Source: Candidatus Angelobacter sp. (GTDB lineage: Bacteria > Verrucomicrobiota > Verrucomicrobiia > Limisphaerales > DASXHY01). Taken from it: a DNA stretch of 64,000 nt. Of the stretch, positions 47,074 through 57,129 are shown piece by piece. The stretch spans positions 65,142-129,141 of the forward strand of contig DATNEA010000082.1 in the NCBI GenBank assembly GCA_035606845.1, in the 5' to 3' direction. Numbering within the stretch: the stretch's first letter is position 1; every line of letters begins with the position of its first letter. The notes under the pieces are model-generated. The model was given only the letters and a program-made list of their open reading frames with translations, had not been told where the DNA came from and searched no databases. The position numbers were made by a program, and so were the translations under genes.

Positions 47074-49886
47074 ACCGTTTTAGAGGTTCGTCCCACTCCA
47101 CGCGTGATGAACTTATCCAACTCACGAAGCCAAAGAACTGAACTCGCCACGGCAGTACAGCGGAGCCAGTCGCCTGAACTCAGGCTTACGGTGGAAAAAG
47201 CATTTTGCAGAAACGGGACATAAATCACTGCGATTTGCAGGACCAAAGACAATCCCAGTGCGCCCCAAAGCCACGGGTTGTCAAAAAGGCCCTGAAAGGC
47301 GGTTCGTTTGTCCGAGCGGGAGTTCAGGACGTTGAACATTTGAAACAGCATCAGCGTCGTAAAGGCCATTGTCTGTCCGTAGCGCAGGTTTCCGGAGCCC
47401 TCAATCAACCCGCCCGGCAGCGAAGCGTCCAGCACTAGCAATGTGCCCGCCGCCATAATCGCGCCAATGAAAAAGATGCCTGCCCACATACGGCGTGTAA
47501 TGACCCCTTCGCTGCGCGGACGCGGCGCGCGCTTCATCTGGTCCTCCGCAGGATCAACTCCCAGCGCCAGCGCGGGCGCGCCATCGGTGACTACGTTGAT
47601 AAAGAGTATTTGCGTGGCGAGTAGCGGCAAGACCACCGCGTTTCCCTCGGCCCGAAGTCCGATGAGCTTCGCAAACAGCACTCCGAAAAACATGGTCATG
47701 ACTTCGCCGATGTTCGAGGACAACAAATAGCGTAAGAACTTGCGAATGTTTGAGAAGATGGCACGACCTTCTTCAACGGCGGCCACGATCGTCGCGAAGT
47801 TGTCATCCGTGAGCACCACGTCGGCAGCTTCTTTCGAAACGTCCGTTCCTGTGATGCCCATCGCTATGCCAATATCGGCAGTTTTAAGTGCGGGCGCGTC
47901 GTTGACTCCGTCGCCCGTCATCGCAACCGTAGCACCGCCGCTTTGAAGCACCTTCACAATGCGCAGCTTGTGTTCCGGGTTGACGCGCGCATAAACCGAA
48001 ACTTCACGTACCGTTTTTGCGAGTGCTACGTCGGACATTTTCTCCAACTCGGCACCGGCAACCGCGCGCCCATCCGGAGCGATACCGAGCTCGGTCGCGA
48101 TGACGGCAGCGGTTTTCGGATGGTCGCCCGTGATCATGATCGGGCGAATGCCCGCGGTCCGGGCACGCGCTACGGCCTGCTTTGCCTCCTCACGCGGCGG
48201 ATCGATCATTCCAACGAGGCCCAGAAAAACAAGTTCCTGCTCGAGGTTTTCATCCACCTCAATATTCTGAAGCGCGTTGGCGGGCAGTTCACGGGCGGCC
48301 ACGCCCAAGGTGCGGAGCGCCTCACCCGCAAGACCCTCATTTAGCCTCAAAATCTCCGCTCGTCGCTCATCGCTCAACGGCTTCTTCGACTCACCCACCA
48401 GTTCGTGCGAACAGCGTGCGACCAACACATCCGGTGCGCCTTTCGTGAACACGAGCAAGCGCTCCTGCCGCTCGGTGTCCGTGTGGACTGTGCTCATGAG
48501 CTTGCGATCGGAGGAAAACGGGACTTCTCCGACACGCTCGAAACGCACGTCCAGCATTTCATTTGCCAGGCCGGCTTTGCGCGCGGCGACCACCAGGGCG
48601 CCCTCGGTTGGATCGCCCTGCACGGACCAGCGGCCTTCGTGCTCTTGTAGCACCGCGTTGTTGGCGCGGTCCGCGACCGTCAGAGCACGCTGCACTTCAA
48701 TCCGGAACGCGCCTTCCAGCGCTGCGCCGTTTTGCACACGAACATCGCCTTCAGGCGCGTAACCAGTGCCGGTCAGATTCACCCGGCCGCTCGCCGTGAT
48801 CACCGCCCGGACGGTCATTTCGTTTTTGGTCAGCGTTCCCGTTTTATCGGAAGCGATGATGTTGGCTGAACCGAGTGTTTCGACGGCCACAAGATGACGC
48901 ACGATGGCGTTCCGTTTCGCCATGCGCTGCACCCCCAGCGCGAGGACGACCGTCACCACGGCAGGCAATCCTTCGGGCACCGCTGCGACTGCGAGCGCGA
49001 CACCAAGGATGAGCACATCAAAGAACGCGGAAAAGCCGCGAACGTTCTCGACGAGAACAATCGTTGCGATCATCACCACGGCGATGATGACGACCACGGT
49101 CCCCAGGCGCTTTCCGACCCGGTCGAGTTCATTTTGGAGTGGTGTGGCCTCAGTGGGAGCTTCCTTCAACATTCCGGCGATACGACCCATTTCGGTTTGC
49201 ATCCCGGTCGCCGTGACGACGGCTTTGCCGCGTCCATAAGTCGCTGCCGTGCCGCTGAAGATCATGTTGGCCTGATCCCCTAATCCGCTTTGTCCAGTCA
49301 CCGGGCCAACGTCCTTGGAAACCGGCAAGCTTTCGCCCGTGAGCGCGGCTTCAGCAGTTTGCAACGCGGTGGAATGAATCAGACGTGCGTCCGCGGGAAC
49401 AGTGTCACCCTCTTCGACAAAGATAATGTCGCCGGGCACAATCTCCGCAGCCGCAACGCTTCGCCTTTCGCCGTCCCGCAGGACCTGCGCGTGCGCTGCC
49501 GACATCTGACGCAACGCGGTCACTGCCGATTCCGCTCGCGACTCCTGGATGTAGCCCATAATTGCGTTGAGCAGCACGACCGCCAAAATGGCAATCGCTT
49601 CATAAGGCAGCGCGGATTCCCGTTCGATTACCCACATTACAGCCGAGATGGCCGTCGCAATGAGCAGCAGAATCACCAACACGTCCTTGAACTGCGCGAA
49701 AAACTTCTTCCACGCCGGCACTGGCTCGTCCGCTGTTAATTCGTTTCGGCCAAACTTTGCGAGCCGCGCGCCTGCCTCAATTTCGCTCAAACCGCGCCGA
49801 GCATCCGCGTTGAACTCCGCCAACACTTCGTCCACGGTCTCTTGATAAGGCGTCGTTTTCCTTTTTGGAATCGCCCTGCTGCTCAT
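47070..49886 (-). CDS. P-type cation-transporting ATPase (type II, Ca2+/Mg2+-like)
   Basis: Phosphorylation motif SDKTGTLTKNEM, hinge MTGDGVNDAPALK, and the TGES actuator motif (LTGESLPV). Multiple TM segments. The stop overlaps the start of the downstream CNNM gene (47070-47073). Confidence 0.9.
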   Translation of the reverse strand: MSSRAIPKRKTTPYQETVDEVLAEFNADARRGLSEIEAGARLAKFGRNELTADEPVPAWKKFFAQFKDVLVILLLIATAISAVMWVIERESALPYEAIAILAVVLLNAIMGYIQESRAESAVTALRQMSAAHAQVLRDGERRSVAAAEIVPGDIIFVEEGDTVPADARLIHSTALQTAEAALTGESLPVSKDVGPVTGQSGLGDQANMIFSGTAATYGRGKAVVTATGMQTEMGRIAGMLKEAPTEATPLQNELDRVGKRLGTVVVIIAVVMIATIVLVENVRGFSAFFDVLILGVALAVAAVPEGLPAVVTVVLALGVQRMAKRNAIVRHLVAVETLGSANIIASDKTGTLTKNEMTVRAVITASGRVNLTGTGYAPEGDVRVQNGAALEGAFRIEVQRALTVADRANNAVLQEHEGRWSVQGDPTEGALVVAARKAGLANEMLDVRFERVGEVPFSSDRKLMSTVHTDTERQERLLVFTKGAPDVLVARCSHELVGESKKPLSDERRAEILRLNEGLAGEALRTLGVAARELPANALQNIEVDENLEQELVFLGLVGMIDPPREEAKQAVARARTAGIRPIMITGDHPKTAAVIATELGIAPDGRAVAGAELEKMSDVALAKTVREVSVYARVNPEHKLRIVKVLQSGGATVAMTGDGVNDAPALKTADIGIAMGITGTDVSKEAADVVLTDDNFATIVAAVEEGRAIFSNIRKFLRYLLSSNIGEVMTMFFGVLFAKLIGLRAEGNAVVLPLLATQILFINVVTDGAPALALGVDPAEDQMKRAPRPRSEGVITRRMWAGIFFIGAIMAAGTLLVLDASLPGGLIEGSGNLRYGQTMAFTTLMLFQMFNVLNSRSDKRTAFQGLFDNPWLWGALGLSLVLQIAVIYVPFLQNAFSTVSLSSGDWLRCTAVASSVLWLRELDKFITRGVGRTSKTV

Positions 49887-49898
49887 ATCGGGTATCCA

Positions 49899-50459
49899 TC
49901 ACTTTTGTTTGCGTATTTCCACGGGCATCTCACTCAGTTTCCTAAGTATCTTTGCGCGCCGCCGCAATGGCCACCAGTCATACAGATAAATTTCCATCGG
50001 CCGCCACATGCCCACCCAGCCGGCAATGGCCAAGCTCTCCCGTGCGAAAGTGGAAAACGTGCCAGTTCCCGCTCCCACGAGGAACCTGCTTATAACTAAA
50101 CAAGCGGCCAAAAAAGCCAGTCCCGTCAACAAACTTCTGCGACCCTCCTGCATGAGACGCCGAAATTCCAGCGGGTTGAGCTCGACGCGATACGCGAAAT
50201 AATGGTGGACAGCTCGTTGAACTATTGGCTGGGGTTCTCGCTCGTGGGGCGATGCGGCCACGTGGACCACCAGCGCTATCGGTTCGTCCAGGGGAAACTC
50301 CCGCGCCCAACTCACGATAAACTCTTCCGCATCACGGTCCAAATCCTTTTCGTGGAAAGGCGAAGGGTCCATCGTGTTAAACAACTGGCTCACCTCCCGA
50401 AGATTGAGCTCGATCCGATGGACGGATGACTGGCTGTGACCGTGAGAGGTCGGATTCAT
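49899..50459 (-). CDS. hypothetical membrane protein (186 aa) upstream of the P-type ATPase
   Basis: Clean ORF with two hydrophobic helices near the C-terminus (LLTGLAFLAACLVISRFLV, SLAIAGWVGMW). It ends 12 nt before the ATPase start. Confidence 0.6.
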   Translation of the reverse strand: MNPTSHGHSQSSVHRIELNLREVSQLFNTMDPSPFHEKDLDRDAEEFIVSWAREFPLDEPIALVVHVAASPHEREPQPIVQRAVHHYFAYRVELNPLEFRRLMQEGRRSLLTGLAFLAACLVISRFLVGAGTGTFSTFARESLAIAGWVGMWRPMEIYLYDWWPLRRRAKILRKLSEMPVEIRKQK

Positions 50460-50599
50460 GCATCAGAACATGCCAGCAAAGAGCAAGTTTGTTTAGAGCG
50501 TTTTGACAGATTTGACATCCTCCTGTCCGGAAATGAAATTCCAGAGGAGGGCGCGGGCCTCCTTCGCGCGCTGGTAAACTTTAATGGGAAGGAATTGTT

Positions 50600-51322
50600 A
50601 TGATTAATATTGAAGACTTCATCCGAAAGCGTCTCGCCCTTTATCGGGCCTACGAAATCCGAGATAATCGTGAACGGCCGGGACGCGGCAAGGAGGGCAA
50701 GTTGTCCTATGGTCCATATTTGCTAATTTCCCGCGAGAAGGGGGCAGGTGGCAGTGCGGTAGGCAAACTGGCCGGAAAACGCCTGGGCTGGCAGGTGTTC
50801 GACAACGAAATCGTGGATGCGATCGCACAGAAGGCGAACGTTCGCCGAGAGTTAATCGAAAGTCTGGATGAGCGCGAGCGGGCGATGATCCAGGAAATTG
50901 TCCAACGGTGGCTCAACCCTAAGTCCATTGGCAAATCCGGCTACCTGGCTCATTTGCGGGAGATCCTTCTCACACTGGGTCACCAGGGAGACGTAGTCAT
51001 CGTCGGCCGGGGGGCACAGTACGCTTTGCCCAGCGAATTCGGTTTGCGGGTGCGGATGGTGGCACCGGTCGAGGTTCGAGTTCGACGGATCGCCAAGCGT
51101 GAGAACATGAGCTTGGATCGGGCGCGGAAGGCGATCAAAAAATCGGATCGCGAACGAACCAGATTGGCCTTTAAAGAATATCGAAGAATCCTGACTGATC
51201 CCTTGAATTATGATGTGACTATCAATTCGGCCGAAATGACGGTTGAGGATGCAACCGAGGTCGTGCTGAACGCGCTCCAAAGAAAACTAGCGGTAAAGCT
51301 TAAAAGAAGGGGGTCCGCTTGA
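50600..51322 (+). CDS. cytidylate kinase-like family protein (P-loop)
   Basis: LLISREKGAGGSAVGKLAGKRLGWQVFDNEIVDAIAQ is the typical start of the Cytidylate_kin2 family. Confidence 0.7.
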   Translation: MINIEDFIRKRLALYRAYEIRDNRERPGRGKEGKLSYGPYLLISREKGAGGSAVGKLAGKRLGWQVFDNEIVDAIAQKANVRRELIESLDERERAMIQEIVQRWLNPKSIGKSGYLAHLREILLTLGHQGDVVIVGRGAQYALPSEFGLRVRMVAPVEVRVRRIAKRENMSLDRARKAIKKSDRERTRLAFKEYRRILTDPLNYDVTINSAEMTVEDATEVVLNALQRKLAVKLKRRGSA

Positions 51323-51421
51323 GGTTTCGCAACCTCGATCCGTCAGAGCATATGACCGGATGAGCGGCGGTCGAAGAGAGCCGGGGCTGCAAATCGTGGG
51401 CGGCAGATTGTCGTTTTTGAA

Positions 51422-52501
51422 TCACGATTTTTCTCCAAAGGCTATCTTCGCCGAGGTGAGAGACCGTTTCCTATCCCGCACAGCCAGAACAGTACAATGC
51501 GCGTGACGCACGACGAACTCTGCCGTGCTACCGAGCAAAGCTCTTTTGATTCCGGTGCGTCCGTGCGTGGACATGATAATCAGATCTATATTCTGCTTAC
51601 TGGACGTTTCGACAATGAGATTGCCCGGATGCCCGGTTTCCATGGCGGTAGTCACCCCGCACCATTTGCTGACGGAGTCTGCGAGCATCGCAAGTTCTTT
51701 CTTGGCGGTGCCCTGCATTTCCGAAATCAGTGCAGGATAATCGAACGCTAAATATTCATCACTGGTGACGAAATAATTCGTGTGAACGACGTGCAGGAGG
51801 ATGATACGCGCGTGGAAACGCCTAGCGATGGGCACCGCGTATCGAAGGGCTTCCGTGGCCCGTGGAGAAAAATCCACAGGGATCAGAATCCGTCGCAGAT
51901 TAAGTCGTTCGACTTTCACTTTGGTTTTCGTCACGGATGCTGACCGAACGCCAGCGGATGAGCTTGCCTTCGCCCGGACCACTAGCACTGGACAAGGTGC
52001 ATATCGCACCACTCTTTCGGCGGTGCTCCCCAGTTGAATATGCTTCAACCCGGTATAGCCATGGGTCGCAAGAATGATCAAATCCACAGACCGCGCCTGT
52101 GCCGCCTTCGCGATTTGCTGAAACGGCTTGCCGAAGGTGACCATGGTTTCCACGCTGCCGCGACCAAGGCGAGCGCCGGTCAAGCGCCTCGCAACATCTC
52201 CTAATCGCTCGCGCAATTGTTTCATCAACCATTGGTTCGCCTCTTCTGACCATTTCAATCCGAGTAGGTAATCTATTGGGAAAGCTTCGACGACGTGAAT
52301 GAGGACCAGGTGAGACTGGAATTGTTTGGCGAAAGAAACCGCGTAATCCAATGCATGGCTCGAGCCTTTAGAAAAATCGGTTGGCACTAGGATTCGCTTC
52401 GGCGGTCTTGGTGCTGTCTTGCGCAGAACACTGAGAGCCTTGGGGCGCACCCGCTTCGTTGCCTTCGGCTCTCGAAGTTTTTCTCTGGCAGGGTTCTTCA
52501 T
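51422..52501 (-). CDS. universal stress protein, two USP domains, basic N-terminal extension
   Basis: ILVPTDFSKGSSHAL ... LIILATHGYTGLKHIQLGSTAERVVRYAPCPVLVVR, repeated as ILIPVDFSPRATEAL ... LIIMSTHGRTGIKRALLGSTAEFVVRHAHCTVLAVR. Start set at ATG 52499-52501. Confidence 0.85.
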   Translation of the reverse strand: MKNPAREKLREPKATKRVRPKALSVLRKTAPRPPKRILVPTDFSKGSSHALDYAVSFAKQFQSHLVLIHVVEAFPIDYLLGLKWSEEANQWLMKQLRERLGDVARRLTGARLGRGSVETMVTFGKPFQQIAKAAQARSVDLIILATHGYTGLKHIQLGSTAERVVRYAPCPVLVVRAKASSSAGVRSASVTKTKVKVERLNLRRILIPVDFSPRATEALRYAVPIARRFHARIILLHVVHTNYFVTSDEYLAFDYPALISEMQGTAKKELAMLADSVSKWCGVTTAMETGHPGNLIVETSSKQNIDLIIMSTHGRTGIKRALLGSTAEFVVRHAHCTVLAVRDRKRSLTSAKIAFGEKS

Positions 52502-52538
52502 AACCTTTGAGGGGATGTTCTGCTTCCGGTTCAGACCA

Positions 52539-53564
52539 TCAGCGGCTCCGGCTGTATCCCTGCAGTTCGCGCACCACCAACACGGCACAATCCGCATGGC
52601 GCACGACCCGTTCCGCCGTGCTCCCCAAAAGCACATGCGCCAGCCCGGTATAGCCATGAGTCGTCAGCACAATCATATCTGCGCCCAAGCTCCTGGCAGC
52701 CCCCGTTATTTCCTGGAAGGGCAAACCTTTCCGCACAAATGCTCGCACCTGAACATTGTCGTCGAACACCTCGCGGGAGAGATCGAGTAAACGCCGCTGA
52801 GCCTCGTTTTGGTCCTCAGGCTCGATTTGAGGCGACATATACCCGGAATCGACTGGTATCAACATCGGCTCGATCACATGAAGCAGGATGATTTCGGCGG
52901 TGAATGTCTTTGCCAATGCAGCGGCGTAGGGCAACGCTTGAGCCGACGTTTCCGAAAAGTCAATCGGCACAATGATTTTTCGCAACCGCAATGCGGGGGT
53001 TCGGCGCACCTCAGCCTTCGGGAGGGAAGGAATTGTGAGAACCGGACACGGTGCATGGCGCACGACCCTTTCGGCTGTACTGCCCAAAAGTATTCGTTTC
53101 AGCCCAGTATAACCGTGCGTAGCCATGATGATAACGTCCACCTCCCGGACTCGGGCCAGCCTTGCAATTTCATTGAAAGCCTTTCCGTAACGTACAAAAG
53201 AACGAACCTGCGACCCTTTCTTCGATAGTCTATGGGCCAGTTTGGAGAGCTGCCTTTCAGCCAGTTCGACTACTTCCAAATCGTTCCGCGCAAGCGCGGA
53301 AGCTTCGACGCCGCCAAAGGTGGGGGATGGCTCGACCGCATTTGCCAGCCCTAGGCTGGCGCCGAGCTTCTCAGCCAGCCAGGCTGCATAGCGCACCCCT
53401 GCCATGGAGAACTTCGAAAAATCCGTGGTGACCAGTATCTTTTTGAGCCTGACCGCCGGCAGTTTGCGCGCTGCTTGAAATAGGGCAGCTGCGATTCGCG
53501 GTTCGGTTCGCGCGTTCACACCCGGTATTAGCTTTTCCAGTTTCTTTGATCGAGTGATTCTCAT
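52539..53564 (-). CDS. universal stress protein, two USP domains
   Basis: ILVTTDFSKFS ... VIIMATHGYTGLKRILLGSTAERVVRHAPCPVLTI, and a second copy IIVPIDFSETSAQAL ... MIVLTTHGYTGLAHVLLGSTAERVVRHADCAVLVVR. Confidence 0.9.
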   Translation of the reverse strand: MRITRSKKLEKLIPGVNARTEPRIAAALFQAARKLPAVRLKKILVTTDFSKFSMAGVRYAAWLAEKLGASLGLANAVEPSPTFGGVEASALARNDLEVVELAERQLSKLAHRLSKKGSQVRSFVRYGKAFNEIARLARVREVDVIIMATHGYTGLKRILLGSTAERVVRHAPCPVLTIPSLPKAEVRRTPALRLRKIIVPIDFSETSAQALPYAAALAKTFTAEIILLHVIEPMLIPVDSGYMSPQIEPEDQNEAQRRLLDLSREVFDDNVQVRAFVRKGLPFQEITGAARSLGADMIVLTTHGYTGLAHVLLGSTAERVVRHADCAVLVVRELQGYSRSR

Positions 53565-53621
53565 GGTGATCGAGATATGGTTGCCGTCGTTTCTTTGAAT
53601 ATTGGAGCAACGCTCCGCACC

Positions 53622-54944
53622 TCACGGGATGGGTGGACGTATGACCAGGACTGGAAGGTAGCTGCGCGCGATTACGTCGTAGGCAACTGATCCCAGAACG
53701 GCTCTTGATAATCCTGAACGTCCGTGCGATCCGATACAGATCAGGTCGGCCCCAAATCTTTCGGCTGCCTGACAAATGGTTGTCGAAGGTTTGCCGATTG
53801 ATGCGACCTCCACTTTTGTACTTATCCAGCGAGCTTTTGCTTCAGAGGGAATGAGTGCGCGCATTTGCTTTTCGAGTTTCTTGAGCGTGCGGTCCGTGTT
53901 GCGAGCCTTCGAGCGAGTTTGTTCTAGAACGTGAAAAAGGCATACGGCCCCACCTCGATAAAGCGTAGAATAGGCGAATGGAATAGCTCGATTGCCAAGC
54001 ACGGAGAAATCGGTCGGAACCAGCACCCGCTGGAATACTGGAATGCTTCCGCTGGCGATCGCCAATGAACCACACGGCGGCACGCAAGCCACACTCATGG
54101 GTGCGTCGTGGAGGATTCTCCGCGAGACCGACCCAAGCCAAAACCTCTCCACGCCATGGCGTTGGTGGGTGCCAACGACCATCAGGTCAGCCTCAGCATC
54201 CTTTGCGAATTCGATCAGCTGAGGATCCGGCCTGCCCCAAGATCCTGCCACGCGAATCCCGAAACCATCGTGGCCCAGGATTTTCTCACATTGTCTTCGC
54301 AAATCGCGCTCCAGAAATCTCTGAAGTTCGAACGAATCATCCCAGGAATGCTCCGCTAATCCGAAACGGTTACTGTCCTGCGGCGGCCAAAACACCGAGG
54401 CCACTGTGACTTTGCACGAACCGATCTTGCGCAGTTCAGAAACCCAACAAAGAGCAGCGTCCGCCGTGGCGGAAAAATCGTAACCGACCAGAATTCTCAA
54501 AGCACGCTTGCCCTGAGTCCAAGCTTTGAAAGCTCGGCCGCCGCGCACAACCAGCGTCGGCACGGGTGAGCTTTGAGCCACCCGTTCTGCGACACTGCCC
54601 ACAAGCCACCGACTGGGAGCGATTTGCCCAAGGGAGGAAACCACGATAAGGCTTGCTTTTGATTTAGAAGCGAAGTCAACCAAGGCGGCGGCTGCAGAGC
54701 CGTTGAGTAATTCCTCCTCGACCATTGCGCCCGCTTTCCGTAACCGAGCTGCCTCACCCTTCAGTTTCAGCCGGCGCTGCTCGCGCAATCTGTCAATTTG
54801 GTCTTTAGGGAGCAGTCCGGATAGATCTGTTTCAAAAACATGGACCAAACGGGAAGGCTCGCGGAGTCGAGCTGCCATTGCTGCTGCTACGTCAGCCGCT
54901 TCAACTGCGTGCTGCGAAAAATCAGTTCCACGAATAATCTTCAT
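53622..54944 (-). CDS. universal stress protein, three USP-like domains
   Basis: Three repeats each begin I-x-x-x-TDFS / ILVGYDFS / VLVPTDFS and end with G-S-x-x-x-x-V-x-x-x-x-x-P-[VT]-L-V-[VI]-R-like motifs. Confidence 0.85.
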   Translation of the reverse strand: MKIIRGTDFSQHAVEAADVAAAMAARLREPSRLVHVFETDLSGLLPKDQIDRLREQRRLKLKGEAARLRKAGAMVEEELLNGSAAAALVDFASKSKASLIVVSSLGQIAPSRWLVGSVAERVAQSSPVPTLVVRGGRAFKAWTQGKRALRILVGYDFSATADAALCWVSELRKIGSCKVTVASVFWPPQDSNRFGLAEHSWDDSFELQRFLERDLRRQCEKILGHDGFGIRVAGSWGRPDPQLIEFAKDAEADLMVVGTHQRHGVERFWLGSVSRRILHDAPMSVACVPPCGSLAIASGSIPVFQRVLVPTDFSVLGNRAIPFAYSTLYRGGAVCLFHVLEQTRSKARNTDRTLKKLEKQMRALIPSEAKARWISTKVEVASIGKPSTTICQAAERFGADLICIGSHGRSGLSRAVLGSVAYDVIARSYLPVLVIRPPIP

Positions 54945-55047
54945 GAAAGAACAACCGTTGCTGGTTGTTAAGCTTTAGGCAAAACTCCCCAAGTTAAACT
55001 TCATTCGTCCCCGGCTGAGCCCGATGTCTGAACTTGTCCGCCCGTCC

Positions 55048-55452
55048 TCAGATATGGAAATGGCCAGCCGCCTCGGGCTGATACAAGACTTCCTCAACTC
55101 GAATGCGCACCGGACCGGCTGGCACCAGCCATTCAAACTCGTCGCCCACGCGCTGTCCCAGCATCGCCGTGCCGATTGGAGCAACAACGGAGATTCTCCC
55201 TTGCTCGACATCAGCCTGTTCCGGAAAAACCAAAGTGTAGGTCATTTCCTCACCTGACGCTACCTCACGGACCCGGGCTCTGGAGTTCATTGTCACGACG
55301 TCCGCCGGCACTTCCTCCGGCGCTACGACTCGCGCCAGCTCTAACTCCTGCTGCAGGCTTTTCAAGTCGTCACGAGAGTTCTTCATTGTTTCAACCAGCG
55401 GACGAAGACGCCTCATATCCGCTTCCGTTATGTATATCGTACGCGTATTCAT
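55048..55452 (-). CDS. rnk: GreA/GreB-family regulator, Rnk-like (nucleoside diphosphate kinase regulator)
   Basis: MNTRTIYITEADMRRLRPLV... and the C-terminal GreA/B domain VVTMNSRARVREVASGEEMTYTLVFPEQADVEQGRISVVAPIGTAMLGQRVGDEF. A strong SD gaggag precedes ATG 55452. Confidence 0.8.
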   Translation of the reverse strand: MNTRTIYITEADMRRLRPLVETMKNSRDDLKSLQQELELARVVAPEEVPADVVTMNSRARVREVASGEEMTYTLVFPEQADVEQGRISVVAPIGTAMLGQRVGDEFEWLVPAGPVRIRVEEVLYQPEAAGHFHI

Positions 55453-55512
55453 GCTTTTCTCCTCTATCGGTTTCATCCGAAATGACACACGATCAAGGCT
55501 GATCCATGTTTC

Positions 55513-56160
55513 TCATTTTTTGCGAGGAATCTTTTTTGGCAACACAAGCACAGGGCAGGGCGCATGTCTCACGACCCGTTCGGCCGTACTGCCCACTTCG
55601 TTCGGGGGCGCGTGTGACAATCCTCTCGTCGGCATGACCACTACATCGGCCCGGAAGTCTTCGGCCGCTTTCAGAATCTGCTTCGGCGCTGTTCCACTCT
55701 TAACCATGCATCGCCATTCCTTCTTTTCACCCACGTGCCTGCGCCCAAGCGCTCGCAGCTTTTGCCGCGCTTGACGCATCAGGCCCTCATTGGGACGCCG
55801 TTGCTGGACCGGGCCGTAGCCGAAATCGCGAAGGTCATAGATTGGTCCGACGACGTGCACCAATAGCAGGCTTTGCCCAATGACCGATTCAAGATTAGCC
55901 GCGGCTTTCAGTGCCCATGTCGACTCAGCCGAGAAGTCAATAGGAACCAATATACGCTGGAATGCGAGTGTTGGTTTGGACTTGAGTTTTCGCTGCCGGG
56001 GATTAACCGCACTCCTTGTTTTCCGCTCGATATTAGTCTGTCGCAATGGCGTTCTCCGTTTTAGCCACGTTCCAACGGTCTGGGCCGAATGACGGCGGCG
56101 GAGGCCGCTTCTCGGGGAAAAACCGCCCCGCTTCTCGCTGCTCTTGCTTCTTGGTTTCAT
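55513..56160 (-). CDS. universal stress protein, single USP domain with an Arg/Lys-rich N-terminal extension
   Basis: ILVPIDFSAESTWAL ... VVVMPTRGLSHAPPNEVGSTAERVVRHAPCPVLVLP. Confidence 0.8.
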   Translation of the reverse strand: MKPRSKSSEKRGGFSPRSGLRRRHSAQTVGTWLKRRTPLRQTNIERKTRSAVNPRQRKLKSKPTLAFQRILVPIDFSAESTWALKAAANLESVIGQSLLLVHVVGPIYDLRDFGYGPVQQRRPNEGLMRQARQKLRALGRRHVGEKKEWRCMVKSGTAPKQILKAAEDFRADVVVMPTRGLSHAPPNEVGSTAERVVRHAPCPVLVLPKKIPRKK

Positions 56161-56346
56161 AAGATCAGGTTCGGTTCAAAAACACTGATCCTCCAAATCG
56201 ATGTCTCTCAAAAAAACCGAAAACTGCGAACACACACTCGTTCATCGATTTCAAAGCTGCAAGTCCCGAAAGAGCGCCCAATGTGACCGCCGCGAAAAGA
56301 TCGGAACCTTCGACTTCGCAGGTATGCAGCTTGTGCCAAATGCTAT

Positions 56347-56367
56347 GAGGCAGCCTCCTGCTGCCTC
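56347..56367 (-). terminator. hairpin downstream of the DUF488 gene
   Basis: gaggcagc (56347-56354) pairs with gctgcctc (56360-56367) around a 5-nt loop, 52 nt beyond the stop at 56419. The U-tract is weak. Confidence 0.35.
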
Positions 56368-56418
56368 GCTGGAGCGTACGACCTATGGCTGACCCGCAGT
56401 TGGAATAACCAATTCGAA

Positions 56419-56895
56419 CTACAGCTTCCGTTCCAGGAACGACTTCAGGGCCACAGCATTGTTATGTTCCTTATCTTTCGCGCCAAACACCAGTGTGACC
56501 TTGCCCCTTCGAGCTTCTTCCAAAAGTGGACGCCAGTTTTGCGGCCGCTCCCGTAGTTCGGCGAAGTATCGCTGCTGAAACTCACGCCACTTCGACGGAT
56601 CATGTCCAAACCACTGCCTCAATCTTTTGCTTGGCGCACTCTCCTTTTTCCAACTTTCAATGCGCAAAGCGTCCTGTTTAACGCCTCGTGGCCACAAGGC
56701 GTCGACCAGGAACCGCTTACCGTCCTTTGGACCAGGCGGTTCATAGGCGCGTTTCGTGCGGATTGTGTTTAAATCCCTACTCTCGTTGCTGCCGAGCGTC
56801 TGATCTGGTTTTACGACAACACTTCCGCCTTCATTCTCCCAACGCTCAAGCGCTCGCCGAAGACGAGTTCTACGGGATAGTTGTTTTGCTTTCAT
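56419..56895 (-). CDS. DUF488-family protein with a roughly 45-aa N-terminal extension
   Basis: IRTKRAYEPPGPKDGKRFLVDALWPRGVKQDALRIESWKKESAPSKRLRQWFGHDPSKWREFQQRYFAELR...VTLVFGAKDKEHNNAVALKSFL is the canonical DUF488 sequence. Confidence 0.8.
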   Translation of the reverse strand: MKAKQLSRRTRLRRALERWENEGGSVVVKPDQTLGSNESRDLNTIRTKRAYEPPGPKDGKRFLVDALWPRGVKQDALRIESWKKESAPSKRLRQWFGHDPSKWREFQQRYFAELRERPQNWRPLLEEARRGKVTLVFGAKDKEHNNAVALKSFLERKL

Positions 56896-56932
56896 AAGTC
56901 ATGGCTGCTCTCGGTCCATATTGAGAGAGTCC

Positions 56933-57121
56933 TTATCGAACATGCTCTAAGATACTCAATCGTTGCCCAATGTTCTTCTTCGCCTCCGTCGTCATCTGTT
57001 TCAAGTCCCATTGAGGTGGGGTGAAGAGCCACCACCACCTGTCAGCCGTCGCAAAATACCAACCTTCCGACGCAGCTGATTTCGCTAGCTGGTGCATTCC
57101 AAACGGTTCCACAGGGATCAC
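56933..57121 (-). CDS. possible small Trp-rich protein (62 aa)
   Basis: It fills the gap between the SLC13 stop (8 nt away) and the DUF488 start (37 nt away) on the same strand. There is no other support. Confidence 0.25.
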   Translation of the reverse strand: MIPVEPFGMHQLAKSAASEGWYFATADRWWWLFTPPQWDLKQMTTEAKKNIGQRLSILEHVR

Positions 57122-57129
57122 ACCTGTTC

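Noticed and set aside
56761-56895. The N-terminal extension of the DUF488 protein, containing the motif RWENEGG.
   Set aside because: The motif looks familiar from small stress-locus proteins, but I cannot verify that from memory. It occurs only once here and no function can be attached.
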